Source: Chrysomallon squamiferum
Lineage: Eukaryota > Animalia > Mollusca
Assembly: GCA_012295275.1 (NCBI GenBank)
Contig: CM022665.1
Coordinates: 4,092,001 to 4,156,000 of the forward strand
Length of the DNA stretch: 64,000 bases
Reading direction: 5' to 3'
Shown in pieces: positions 25,212 to 37,878 of this stretch (position 1 is its first letter; every line of letters starts with the position of its first letter). The translations under genes and the position numbers were made by a program. The notes beneath the pieces were generated by a model. That model did not search any database. It saw nothing but the letters and a program-made list of their open reading frames with translations, and had not been told where the DNA came from.

Positions 25212-25748
25212 ACATCATGAAAAGACAATAAACAAATATTTATTCATTAATCCTGCCACAAAAGACAATAACCTTTGGCATTACACAAACAAACCCTTCA
25301 AATCATTTTTGAAAAATTACATTCAATATAAATTATGGAAATATGTATTAAACATTCCAGATAGTAATAAATGCAAGTGATTTATGTATCTTAAAGGGAA
25401 ATGTTGTTAATTTTGTGCTTAGTCAGTGCATTCCAGGTGGTATTCTACACCTTGTACCAGACTCTGCTGGGTACAAATCCATGTTTTATCTCATCCCATT
25501 AAACCTACAGTGGATGTCTAATAATATTATATTCCATTGTGTTGGATATTTTGTTAATCTATCACTGTTCTGAATAAATAAAACATGAGATGCATTTGGG
25601 AAAATTATATTAATGTCTGCTTCCATAAATTGTATAGAATTTTTTTTTTTTTTTTTTTTTTTGCATCTGTAAATTAATTTTTTAAATATTTTTTTATAGT
25701 TTTTTTCAATCTTGTTATTGAAAATATTTAATATGAATACATGTCTTG

Positions 25749-25808
25749 CACAGGGTGACACAAAAGTCATTTATCATTTAAAAAATTAAAAATTTGTTTT
25801 ACTTATAA

Positions 25809-25846
<38 letters not shown>

Positions 25847-26482
25847 ACTTCTGTGATATTTAGTAAAGATTTGGGATATTTACATAACTGATAAAACAGT
25901 GAATGTTTTCAATCATATTTCAAGAATGATTATTCCATGCTGCTTACACAAAGAGTATATAACCATTAATCTGATGTCAGAAACAGTCCCTTAAGATTCC
26001 TGAATGTCTGTAGGTTTTAATTCTTATAACCCACTGAATCTTACACAGTTAGAGATGTAATTCCTTCAAAATGCACTGCAATGATACAGACTAAAACACT
26101 GTAGAATTGATGTTTCTTGGAACTTCTCCAGGACTTTCACATACACATTCAATAGTTTCCTCATTTCTCAAAGATCATGTGGTCATCCAAACCATAGCAT
26201 GTCAGAAAAGACCCTTGATTTTTGGAAAAATGTTCAATGACATTTCAGATGGTTGGTTTATCAGGGACTGTTTCTGTATTAAAATTGAAATGGCAGCAAC
26301 AAGTTCTTTGTGTAAGCAAAATGGAATAGTTGTTTTCTTTGGTCAGTCTAGTTCATCGCCATGGTATATATCTCAAATCTTTGTTACATATCATTGAAAG
26401 AAATTGATTTAAATAGGTTATAAATAATAAAAAAAAGGTATTTACTTTTTAAAATGGTAAATCACTTTTGCACCATACTATG
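25749..26482. mobile_element. Decayed palindromic Tc1/mariner derivative
   Basis: Left end CAGGGTGACACAAAAGTCATTTATCATTTAAAAA resembles the reverse complement of the right end (TAGTATGGTGCAAAAGTGATTTACCATTTTAAAAA). Inverted similarity continues about 260 bp inward. Confidence 0.72.
26041..26362 (-). pseudogene. Mariner-type transposase N-terminal (HTH, DUF4817-like) fragment with stops and frameshifts
   Basis: Minus-strand pieces TQRTCCCHFNFNTETVPDKPTI*NVIEHF..GSFL and *SLRNEETIECVCES..SLQCILKELHL resemble the recalled pattern TQRAFRRHF..VPSRNTI..F..TGSV and RSVRTEENIERVRES..SLQRILKDLHL. Confidence 0.62.
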
Positions 26483-28064
26483 TTTTCCTAGCTTACATAT
26501 TTTTGACATTTTGTCAAAAAATAAAAAAATAATAAAAATAAAATAAAAATAGATAAATTAAAAAAATATAAATAATTATAAATAAATAAAAAATTATATG
26601 AAATTAAATAAAATGTCATGCAACTGAAAACCAAAACCTCAAATTCCATTATAAATGTATTTTATTGTATTTCCAACCACATTTTCATTCATCACAACTG
26701 CAACAAAATATTCTCAATATAAAAATAATACATGAACAAATTTTAATTATAATAATTGTATTTAATTTCCTTTTTCCCAATGGCAATAATTATAAAAAAA
26801 AATATTGATGCATATATAGTTATAACAAGTATCATAAACTTGTGAAATATGATTGACTTGTAACAGAAGTAAAATATTGTTGATAGTTTTGAGTGTTTTA
26901 AATCAATTTCAGTAGCTTTTTTCTTTTTTACTTATTTTTTCATTTGTATTTTATTTTATTTATTTATTTGTTTTCTTTTTCTAAAAAAAATAAATAAAAT
27001 ATAGAAATTAACTATATCAGATCAAAATTTTATGCAAACAGATTTTTTTCTCTCAAGCTTGTACTTTTAACCTAATAAACACATTTAATTAATTACATAA
27101 TGAAATTATTATTAATAGAAATAATTATATTTTAATATATATACTGTCCCATTGTTTATTTTACATAATAAACACATTTATTAATTATTTCAAGATGAAA
27201 TTGTTATTGACATATATATGTATATACTTACATATATGCATACAGTGTCACTGTGCATTTTATTTAACACATTTATTATTTACAAAAATATTGTATACAT
27301 ATATTAATACATTTTAGCTGGAATAACATTAAAATCACAAAAATATTTTATTTTTTTTCTAATCTGGCTAAATTCAAATGAAAGAAAAAATCAAAATAAA
27401 ATAAATCACAGTGGTTAAATATAATCAACCATGTCAGTAAATGACACAATCAATCAATCGATCAATCAATCAATCAATCAACTAATCAGTCAATCAGTGA
27501 AGCAAGCTATCATATGAGACATGTTCACCTCCAGCGAGGGTTCAGGCATGTTTGTCTTGGGCACACAGCACCAGAAGCCTCATTGTTTTGTCAAAGATTG
27601 TGTTGATATGTCAGAAGATTAAACATAAAAATATTTATTAAAAATGCAGAAGATGAATGATTAAATAAAATATTTTATTTTTTCATTTATCAGTTCAGTA
27701 ACCCATTTGTAATATGAATGAAAATCTCACAGTTCAGGATATATTAAAAACTGCAGTATTTCATATTCTTTAGCTATGTTATTATTATTAGTAGTAGTAG
27801 TAGTAGTAGTATTACTGTTGTTGTTGTTGTATTATTGTTGGTGGTGTTATTGTTATTATTAAATAGTGTGTACTATTCATTAAAATGATTCATATAATTA
27901 ACAATATAATTAACACTGCTGAATTCTGATTTAACCTCACAGGAATTATTCTATACATAAACTCAACAGACACCTAAATGTGACAGTTTATTCTTAATAT
28001 TATAAAATTCACAGTGATTTATAAATTTAACATTTCATCTGAAGTCATATGGAGTGAGGACATA

Positions 28065-28285
28065 TAATGTGCAACTGTAAAATGAAGGTATACAGTGTAT
28101 AACTGTAAATTTAATTATAAAATGTATAACATTAAAGTGGAGAAATACAATATATAACTGTAAATGACAGTATGCAATGTATAACTGTAAATGACAGTAT
28201 GCAATGTATAATTATAAAATGAAGGTACAGTGTATAACTGTAAAATGAAATTCTACAATGTATAACTGTAAAACTGTAAAATATT
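28065..28285. repeat. Degenerate minisatellite, about 27 bp unit
   Basis: TGTATAACTGTAAA(A)TGA..GTA.CA repeats. Confidence 0.85.
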
Positions 28286-29531
28286 GTACAAATTGGTATA
28301 TTTTTTAAAGTGTTTAGTATGCAGTGTAGAACAAGTGGTCTACATACATTCTGTATACTGCCAAGTGTGTAATAAGCAACCTTTGCTAACAATAAATTTG
28401 ACAATAAAATTTAAAGTTTAATGTAATCACTGAGTAAAATCAATGGCAAGGTTGCCATATCTTTCAGTTTATAATTTATTATTATTCTGTTTTTAAATTT
28501 TACAATATTTTTCTACTTCAGTGAACAAAATAATGTCAATATTAGAAAAAAGAAAGAAAAAGATATAAAAGGTAAAATAGCAACCTGTATGGTTTTTGTG
28601 GGTGTGTGCTATCATATTAATGTCACAATTTATTGTCAATTAGATATCACTATCACTTGAAAATATATCAGATGTATATACAAGACCTTTGTTCACACCA
28701 CATTCAAGTACATATAAACACACATCATAAAACCAAGACAAACAATTCTGAGACAAAGACTAACAAACAATAACAAAATTTATGTAACTGAGACAGATTC
28801 ATATGTACAGTTTTCAACAGCTCTACATGTAAGTATATTCCAAGGGGCTAACATAATGTGACATACAAAAATCTATAAGAACAAATGAAGAGGTTTTTAC
28901 AGAATGGATGCTTATGGGGATGAAAGATCCATAAAATATTCAAAAGTCTAATTTCTATATTGGAAAGAGAACTTTATAGTGAATGACAGCCATGTTAAAA
29001 TAATGATCTGATTGAGTTATCTGAAAATTATTCATTCATTACAATATACAGTATATTATCTTCATATGAGAATAAATGTACATGTATATGAGTGTATCAC
29101 ATATGTATTCAAATATTCTTTGTGAAGATAACTTAATAAATTGTAATATTCAACACATTGAATAAAAATAATTAAAACCTTATATGCATCTTGACATTAA
29201 GCAATTGTTTTAGTTCTGGTGAAACATAATGAAATAGTAAGAATATCTTCTACAGTTACATAACTGACTAATATATAACTGTATATGTGTGCTTATCATA
29301 GACATTAAAACTGAATACATTTACACGATTATCTTAGTTTGTTTGATCACCTCAACAAAGGACCCATCTTAAGGTTATATTTTCTTTTTTTCTCAACAAC
29401 AAAATAAAACTGATATACATATGAAATGTAATTATTTGTGTAATGAAACATTTCTCTAACCATCTGATAAAATACAGATGGAGTAGAAATGTTTAAAGGA
29501 AAACAATGAAATAATAATAATAATAACAGTA

Positions 29532-29564
<33 letters not shown>

Positions 29565-30588
29565 GCAGCAACAATAATAACAAAAAAATAAGAACAATGG
29601 GAAAAATTATGAATACAAAGAACACAAAGACAGTTTGAAATATATTAAAGATGTGATGAAATACAATATTATGCAACAATATTATAACAATGACTTATTA
29701 ACGATATGTCATATGTGACTGAAATATATTTATAATTTTAAATCTTATATACATAATGAAAGTATTACATACCAATGAGCAATGAACAAAAATCACAACC
29801 TGCACACAAATTAAATATTTAAAAATAACAATAATATATACACCTTTCAGAATCTGTGTATCTAAAACAGACAATATCTGTGTCAGTTGTGATGTAATAT
29901 ATTTTCTTTATAATACCCGAACAGCCTGTAATATTAATATTAATATATTAGATGCAGAGAAAACTTTCTGATATGAATTTATCATTAAGACCATTTGTGA
30001 AAATCCACTAATTTAAATATAAATAAGAGGTTTAATTTTTGTTTTCTTTCTAAACATTAAGTATCAATATTGAACAATATTAAACTGAGACAGATTTATA
30101 AAAATCAACAATTTAAATATGTATAATAGAGTCTAATTTTTAATATATATATATATATATGTTTATATTATTATTATTATTTTTTATTTTTTTTGCTGAG
30201 AACATTGAAAATAATCTTAAAGTTAACTTGGAGACCATTTTAAAAAACTAACTTATTTTAATATTTATAATGACTTCTTCTTAATTTTAATTTTTTTTAA
30301 TCTACCTGTTTTGAAACACACACAACCTGATACATATATGTACAAAATAACAAAACAAAACTATCAAATTTTAAACTTTTCAGTTCAGACAAACATTTAT
30401 CATGAGACCTTTTAAAGGAATAACAATACATGATTACATACATTTCATTCTGTTTGAATGTGTGGTTTATATATAAACATACACAGTAAAAACAATATAC
30501 TCAGATCATGCATCTTTGTTATATCATATCAAAATTATTTAAATAACCTATGTCTTATGTTTTTTTTAATTATCTAGATAGTATACAA

Positions 30589-30639
<51 letters not shown>

Positions 30640-31687
30640 CGTATGTACATACATAGTACATACATACATATTTACATAAATCCATAATATATGTATACGT
30701 AGATATGTATATGTACATACAAATATATATATATATATATGTACATATACATACTTGGAAACATACATACATATCTGTGTACATAATATGTAACACCACT
30801 GAATATATATATATATATATATATCATACATACAAATATATATATATATATATCTTCAACATATACATACTTATCAAACACTAACATAATTTGAATTAAA
30901 GTAATTTCTTAAACAAAAATGATAACAGAAATGATTTGTTTTATAAATTATTTCACAGCCGAAATGATGTTTTAAATAAACCTGTTTAAAATAATATTTT
31001 AGAATTCTTATACATCAGTATAAAATATCATTTTAAATTTATTTTTTTTTTTACATCAGTTAATATCATTTTAAATATTTTTTTTTTTTTTTAGCCCTCT
31101 CTGATAAACACTGTGTATTTTTTTTTTCCAAAATAAAAGTGATAAAATGTTCCCATCTCTTTAGCATCTACACATCATGCTTTAACAGTGCTAACAAAAA
31201 AAATGATGTGAATAAGACCCCAGGAAACATCACTGCAGCTGTTGTTAAGCATTTAAACTGATCATATTACCATTATAAAAACTTGCATATAAAAACTGTG
31301 CATTCGTATCAGCTTAGATTTAGTCGCAATTAATGACAAACATCAACAAGTTTTAAGATAAATATAAAACAATTTAATTATAAAAAAAAGACATATAAAT
31401 CTTCTTGTTTCTTTAATTGTTCATCTAAAATGAAGCACTAACCATATTTTTGCAAGACATAAAATTAAACTGCCTGCATTATATTATTTCTTAGCTGTCG
31501 GAGTAGGGACAGTTTATCTACATAAGCTACACAAAAATAAATAAAATGCAAATAAACTTAGCAGCAGTACAATATTAATGGTTCTGATTCATAAAAGGGG
31601 AAATGGTTTAGTGGTTTGAAAATAACTTTTTTTTGTCTTTAAATGAACAATATATTAAAAAAATATAAAAATGGTTATGATATGGTA

Positions 31688-31692
<5 letters not shown>

Positions 31693-31772
<80 letters not shown>
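31693..31772. repeat. (GA)n microsatellite in the presumed TMTC2 3' UTR
   Basis: Read directly from the sequence; about 200 bp past the stop codon. Confidence 0.95.
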
Positions 31773-31968
31773 TAAAAGGAGAAAAAAAGTAAGAAAATTT
31801 CTAACAAAGAGATCATTATGAGATGTGGATTGTATATTAAAATTTTAAATTCTACATTTTAGCTCAATTTGTACAGTATAGTTTTAAAAATACCATCTTT
31901 TTTATAACAAGTTCAAAACAATGTTTTTAACATAACAAAATGAAAGACATCCTAAATTTTAATAATGC

Positions 31969-32157
31969 CTATCTCTGGTTTTTCTTGGATGTTGAATATT
32001 TTCTGGATATTATGAGATTCCTCAGTTTCTGTAGATTTGTTTTTGTCATTTCATCGTCTGGTTTTAACTTAAGAGCTTCCAAGTAGCTCATCTCAGCTTC
32101 TTCAAGTTTGTTGTTCATGTGCAACATGGCACCTAAGTTCATGTGGGCTGAGGACAG
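31969..32157 (-). CDS. TMTC2: TMTC2 terminal coding exon, 189 nt including TAG
   Basis: cag|CTG TCC TCA; LSSAHMNLGAMLHMNNKLEEAEMSYLEALKLKPDDEMTKTNLQKLRNL..., the last TPR repeat. Confidence 0.94.
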   Translation of the reverse strand: MSSAHMNLGAMLHMNNKLEEAEMSYLEALKLKPDDEMTKTNLQKLRNLIISRKYSTSKKNQR

Positions 32158-32160
32158 CTG

Positions 32161-32617
32161 TAATAATAATAATAACAACAATAATAATCATAATAATAAT
32201 AATAATAACAACAATAATAACCATAATAATAATAATAATAACAACAACATTAATAATAATAATAATGATATTAATAACAACAACATTAATAATAATAATA
32301 ATGATAACAACAACAACAACAACAACAATAATAATCATCATAATAATAATAATAATAATATTAATAACAACAACAACAATAATAACAACATTAATAATAA
32401 TAATATTTATAATAATAACAATAATAATAATAATAATCATAATAATAAACAACAACATTAATAATAATAATCATAATAATAATAATAATAACAATAATGA
32501 TGATAATGATAATGATAATAACAATAATAATAATAATAATGATGATAGCGATAATAATGATGATGATGATAATAATAATAATAATAATACAAATTATATT
32601 GATAATAATAATGATAA
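32161..32617. repeat. Compound (AAT/AAC/GAT)n microsatellite abutting the last TMTC2 acceptor
   Basis: Read directly from the sequence. Confidence 0.97.
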
Positions 32618-32935
32618 CACCTTTATTCAGAGTAACATTAAGGAACATTTTCCTTCTTTTATGTTTTTTTTTTTTTCAGAACAACAGACAAATACATTAA
32701 AAAAAGATGTTTTAGAGTCAAGATGACAGGAACACAAAAGAAATATTAAGACAAAAAAAAAGGGTAAAGATATAAAGAGAAAACAAAAGAGTGAGGGAGA
32801 GTGATAAATACAGAGGCAGAAAGAGAGACAGAAAAAAAGATCCAATGACAGACAGAAAGAGAAAAAGAAAAAGAGAGAGAGAGAAAGATTCAGAGAGATA
32901 AACAAAGAAAGAAATAAAGTGAAAAAACAACTTAC

Positions 32936-32999
32936 TTCTGGTTTCAGTTTTACAGCTTGTCTGTACAGATTTTCAGCACCTTCATTGTCTCCTTCATGT
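32936..32999 (-). CDS. TMTC2: TMTC2 TPR exon, 64 nt
   Basis: cag|A CAT GAA ... CCA GAA|gtaagt; HEGDNEGAENLYRQAVKLKPE. Confidence 0.92.
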
Positions 33000-33037
33000 C
33001 TGCAAATTTAAAAATATTATAATTTTCTGCTTGGTTT

Positions 33038-33073
<36 letters not shown>

Positions 33074-33883
33074 TTCTTACTGTAAACATATACATTAGAT
33101 ATACAAAAGCCAATTAAAACTTGCAGGAAGAGATGTAGAAACATGATTTTAAAAAAAAAGAAGAATCACCATCATTTTAGTGGGTAAGATTTTCAATATG
33201 AAATGGCATAAAACAGGAAAAAGGTACATGGTATTAATTTAAATTTTAAAATAAAGTTTTATGAGTAAAATTGAAAATGATTATATTTCAGCATAGACTT
33301 TAATTTGGTCCATATTTAGAAACAAATTATCATCTGAAGCATGTTTATGGCCACTGAAGATTTAATAACATTACAGTCCTTGGCAAAAGATCCAGTGGCA
33401 ATACTGTTTTACAAACACACTAATTAGTCATACTTTATTATTAGCAAAGGCTGTTTGCTATAATTTTGTTAAACAATCATTTGGAAATACACTAAATATT
33501 TTTAGGCTTTTTATTCTCAGCATGAAATAAATACTTATAGTTTCATATATCTCATCTACTAATACACAAAAATTAATATGTCAGTTTCTGTCATGAACTT
33601 TATATTTGTTATTAACATCTTACTTTATTTTGAACAATGACAGGACACCAGACCAGTGTAAAACAAGAAGTTAGGTTGATGCAAAATATATTTGTTGTTT
33701 GCATGAGATAATGTTACAAAAATATAAATATCAGCCTCTATAGATCTTAATTATTTTTTTGTTAAACAACTGATAAACTTTATTATCAACAAAGTAAACC
33801 AGTCACTGGGGCATAGGCAAAGTGTATATTAAAGTTATTTGCTTACATCATAAAAAGAGACAGTGAAAATGTGATAAAATTAC

Positions 33884-33998
33884 CTAAAAGCATTGGCAGC
33901 ATTAAAGAGAAGTTCAAAATCTGGTTTTGACTTGGACAGAGCCAACTTGAACATTTTCAAAGATTCCTTATGTCGTCCAGCCTCTGAATAAAACTGTG
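33884..33998 (-). CDS. TMTC2: TMTC2 TPR exon, 115 nt
   Basis: cag|CA CAG TTT ... TTT AG|gtaatt; AQFYSEAGRHKESLKMFKLALSKSKPDFELLFNAANAFR. Confidence 0.9.
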
Positions 33999-34799
33999 CT
34001 GTAAAAAAAACAGCATAAGAAAAATCAGTAAACTTGTAAATTAAATATACCTAGCACAACTATTGCTCATATCTAACACCATTAACCTACCTTTACATAC
34101 ATTTCACCTGTCAACATATAAGAGATACCTCTTTGATATGTTTTTACATAAATCACACATATTACAATATAAAGTGATGACATTATTGTTGACTCAACAC
34201 AAAATATTTTATAATATACATCCACCAAATTAATTTTAAGTACAGGTTGTTTTGGGTTTTTTTATTAATTAAATTCTTTTGTTTTAGAAAAAAAAAAAAA
34301 AAAAAAAAATCTTTTTCTGAATCTTTTAACACTTGTAATTTATTTTCTGGGTAAACAATGATTTTTAACATAAAAAAATGTGAAATAAAACGAAAAAAAA
34401 AAAAAAATGAAATAAAGTCCCACATTTCCAAAATTTAATTTACACAAAAACCCAAATCAAATCTCCTTGTATTTGAAAAACAAATGTATTTATAAGACTC
34501 ACTGAAGCAATATTACTGAGATAGATCATTATTTCATTGCTGTTTTTTGTTCTAATTTACATAAAAACACTGGTAATGACCTGAGGCATTAACATACAAA
34601 TGTAATATGTCTGATGTAATTGGCTAAGGTAATTTAAAAACTTTTTCATGTTCATTTATTTTGAAATAAATCATTTATTAAAGGTTATTTATAGGCAAAA
34701 TAATTCAAATAACCATTTGCATATTTTGCACTTACATGACAAAGGTGTTGTACTAAATAAAAAGATTAAAATGAAATAGAGAAGAAAGATGAAAAAAAA

Positions 34800-35005
34800 T
34801 GAAATAAATAAATAATAAAATTAATTTAGAAATGTCAGTTTGAATAAATAAATAATGAAATTAATTTCAAAATGCCTATTTGAATAAATAAATAATGAAA
34901 TTAATTTCTAAATGCCGATTAGAATAAATAAATAATGAAATTAATTTAGAAATGTTGATTTAAATAAATGAATAAGATAATTCATTTAGAAATGTCCATT
35001 TAAAA
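34800..35005. repeat. Minisatellite, about 40 bp x5
   Basis: GAATAAATAAATAATGAAATTAATTTAGAAATG..ATTT. Confidence 0.88.
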
Positions 35006-35614
35006 ATCAAAATTATTTTAAAATCATCTGTGTATGTAAAAACAAAAAAAATTTAAAAAGTAAATTATAACAACAAAAAAGAAATAATAATAAAATAATA
35101 AAGAGAGAAAACTAATTTAGAAATATCAATTTAAGTCTAAGCCATTTAATAATCATTTTTGTATGCAAAATTTATGTAAAAATGAAACTACATAAAAATA
35201 CATAATAATAAAAAATGAAATAATTATATGGAATAAATGCAAAGAATCATTTAGAAAATTAAAAAAAATATATATATATATATTTGTTTAAATATTTTAT
35301 GACAATTTAAAAAATTCATCCATGATACATGAGATTGTCCAAACTAAAAACAAAAAATTTAACAGAAACCAAAATAAATAAAATAATTCCAAATTAAATC
35401 AACAAAAAAGGAAAATTAATTTAAAAAAAAAAAAAATAAAAATAAATAAATAAATAATAATAATAAATTAAAACATTAAATTTTAAACTCTTTTTTAATA
35501 CAAGGTTTCAAGGAGACTTTCTTACTAATAAATATTTTTTGTCCACAGTGAGAAAATATTATAAAACATTTTAATTACCATACCTGCAAATATTATTTAT
35601 AAACTGAAACTAAC

Positions 35615-35696
35615 CATAGTGGTGTAGCATGCTGCTATCATTGGGATCAAGTTCATAAGCTTTCTTCAGCCAAGTTTCTGCTTCTTCCAGTTTATT
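35615..35696 (-). CDS. TMTC2: TMTC2 TPR exon, 82 nt
   Basis: tag|AAT AAA ... TAT G|gttagt; NKLEEAETWLKKAYELDPNDSSMLHHY. Confidence 0.9.
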
Positions 35697-35784
35697 CTAA
35701 ATAAATAATTTTTAAAATGAAATCCTGCAATGTTTATTGCACCTGAAATGTTTATGTTAATGATATTAATGTCCAATCATTTAT

Positions 35785-35840
<56 letters not shown>

Positions 35841-36161
35841 GAATAATAATAATAAAAATAATAAAAAGATAAATGAACAAACAACAACAATTATTATTAT
35901 TACATTTTTTGAAAATTTCCATAGTTTTGTTTCAACAACCTTTGCTAATAATAAAGTATATCAATTATTTAATTAAGGATTTGCAGTGAGATATACTGAA
36001 AGATATTTTTCATTTTTGGCTATATATGCAACTGTTCATCCAGATGAAACTAACATCAACATCATCAACATCAACAATATCATCATCTTCATCAGCAGCA
36101 GCAGCAGCATTTTCTGCTTAAAATGTCTGTAACCAAACAATAAAAAAACTAAATAAAATAC

Positions 36162-36283
36162 CCTCTTGAGTAGTAGTCTTGCTGTGGTGATGTGAGCTGG
36201 AATGTGATCTGGTTTGGATTTCAGAGCTTCATGGTACCAGCGTTCAGCATCACCTAAATGACCCATCTTCATGTACACCTCAC
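36162..36283 (-). CDS. TMTC2: TMTC2 TPR exon, 122 nt
   Basis: cag|GT GAG GTG ... AAG AGG|gtattt; GEVYMKMGHLGDAERWYHEALKSKPDHIPAHITTARLLLKR. Confidence 0.93.
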
Positions 36284-36830
36284 CTGTAAACATAAAAAAC
36301 ATCATTACTGACCTATCTTTACATACATCTAACTTATAAACTAAGATAATTATTACTGACCTATCTTCATATACATCTAACTTAAAAACCAAGATAATTA
36401 TTATTGATCTATCTTTTTAAAACCACACCTGTAAATACAAAATTATTAGTGACCTATTTTCATATATATGTATAACATATCAATATACAGAAATAGTTAA
36501 ATCACTTGCATTTCACCTAACAATATCAAAAATTATCATTAAGCTATCTTCATATATACACATACTCCATCCATATGCAAAATTATCATTATCTCTGACC
36601 TGTCTTAGGTATCAATATACAGAATTAATATTTTTATATTCAAATTTTATATCAACATACAAAATTAACTTTTACTGACTTATTTTTTATAATATTCTTT
36701 ATCAACATAGAACTGTATCACAAACAACCTGTCTTGTTATATTCTTTAAACCATTGATAAACAGAATCAATATTATCAATGACCCAACTTCACAGACATT
36801 CTACATTTCATTACATATAATTAACCTTTT
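36260..36830. repeat. Degenerate tandem array, about 46-50 bp unit, including the exon acceptor junction
   Basis: Recurrent GACCTATCTTCATATACA..AAAATTATTACT; the first unit overlaps the exon start. Confidence 0.78.
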
Positions 36831-37171
36831 CCTTGCAGTTTTGGGATATAGTCACTCAGAATATTATTACTGTTAACTGTGGAAAGTGGATTTAACCCAT
36901 GACCTTAAAAAATAAAAAGGTTATTGTTATGGACACTTCATTCAGAGACTCCCAAGCATCATATCAGTATGTGATGATCTTTCTAGTGATGCAACACAAC
37001 TACTAGTCCTGCTGGTTTTGCTGGGAGTTTTTTTTAAAATTTTCAGCGAAAGAGTTAATATCTTCAGTCAGTTCATCTACCAGTACACAGAATTAATAAT
37101 ACTAATGATCTAGTTTTAAAAAACAACAAAAAAAACAGCTACAGCTAGTGGGGATGGGGTTTGATTCTTAC

Positions 37172-37250
37172 CCAGCATGTTGTAAAGGGACTGGGGTTGA
37201 TAGTAACTTGGTCTTCTTCTTAAAGCTTCATGAAAGACTTCCAAGGCCTC
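37172..37250 (-). CDS. TMTC2: TMTC2 TPR exon, 79 nt
   Basis: cag|GAG GCC ... CTG G|gtaaga; EALEVFHEALRRRPSYYQPQSLYNML. Confidence 0.93.
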
Positions 37251-37755
37251 CTGTAAAACACCATTAAAAACGGTGTAAAAGATAAATGAAATTAAAGGAA
37301 ATAAATCTGCATACACTTCCCCACAGCTAATTTATGAAATATAAAAACAAATTTTATTTCTGAAATACCTAATTAAAATGTTGTTGTTGTTGTAATTGTG
37401 TTTTATACAGTTTAGTTATTTTACTGAAATGAATCCACTGCAGTTAAACTGGTAAGAAAATACAAAACAAACAAAAATTAAAAATTTATTTATCTACCAG
37501 TATAATGTTATTTACTATATACTTAAAAGTTTGTTTCTTTGTTTCTTGATTATTTTTATGTTTTTTTTTTTTAACATATCCAAGGAGATATATATTATTA
37601 GGAAGAAATAAATTCAAATATAATTTTTCAAAAACCTTATATGTATTTAAGTCTATGAATGAAATAATTATAGACTAGTTCTTCTGAAAAATTTGTTATG
37701 CTATATACCTGTATATAGAAATGAATTATTAACATAGATATGTAGGAGAGTTTAC

Positions 37756-37878
37756 CTCAAATCTGTCTTGTTCTGTAAGTTGGCGACCAAGGTTGTAGAG
37801 ACAGGATATTTTTGTGCTGTCGTGGAGGCGAGGGTCTTTTAGACCCGAAGTATCCAGGTCAGCACAGTGATGAAAAAC
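37756..37878 (-). CDS. TMTC2: TMTC2 TPR exon, 123 nt
   Basis: tag|GTT TTT CAT ... TTT GAG|gtaaac; VFHHCADLDTSGLKDPRLHDSTKISCLYNLGRQLTEQDRFE. Confidence 0.92.

Noticed and set aside
26107-26397. 96-aa plus-strand ORF
   Set aside because: It is better explained as the antisense shadow of the decayed minus-strand transposase.
27520-27620. GC-richer patch with a minus-strand GAG|GTGAAC donor-like site
   Set aside because: All three minus-strand frames hit stops within the patch and no partner exons were found.
22000-31968. TMTC2 polyadenylation site and 3' UTR end
   Set aside because: Minus-strand AATAAA occurs many times here, so the site cannot be chosen without transcript data.
32102-32726. 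Poly-N and poly-I ORFs on both strands
   Set aside because: They come from the microsatellite; only 31969-32157 is coding.
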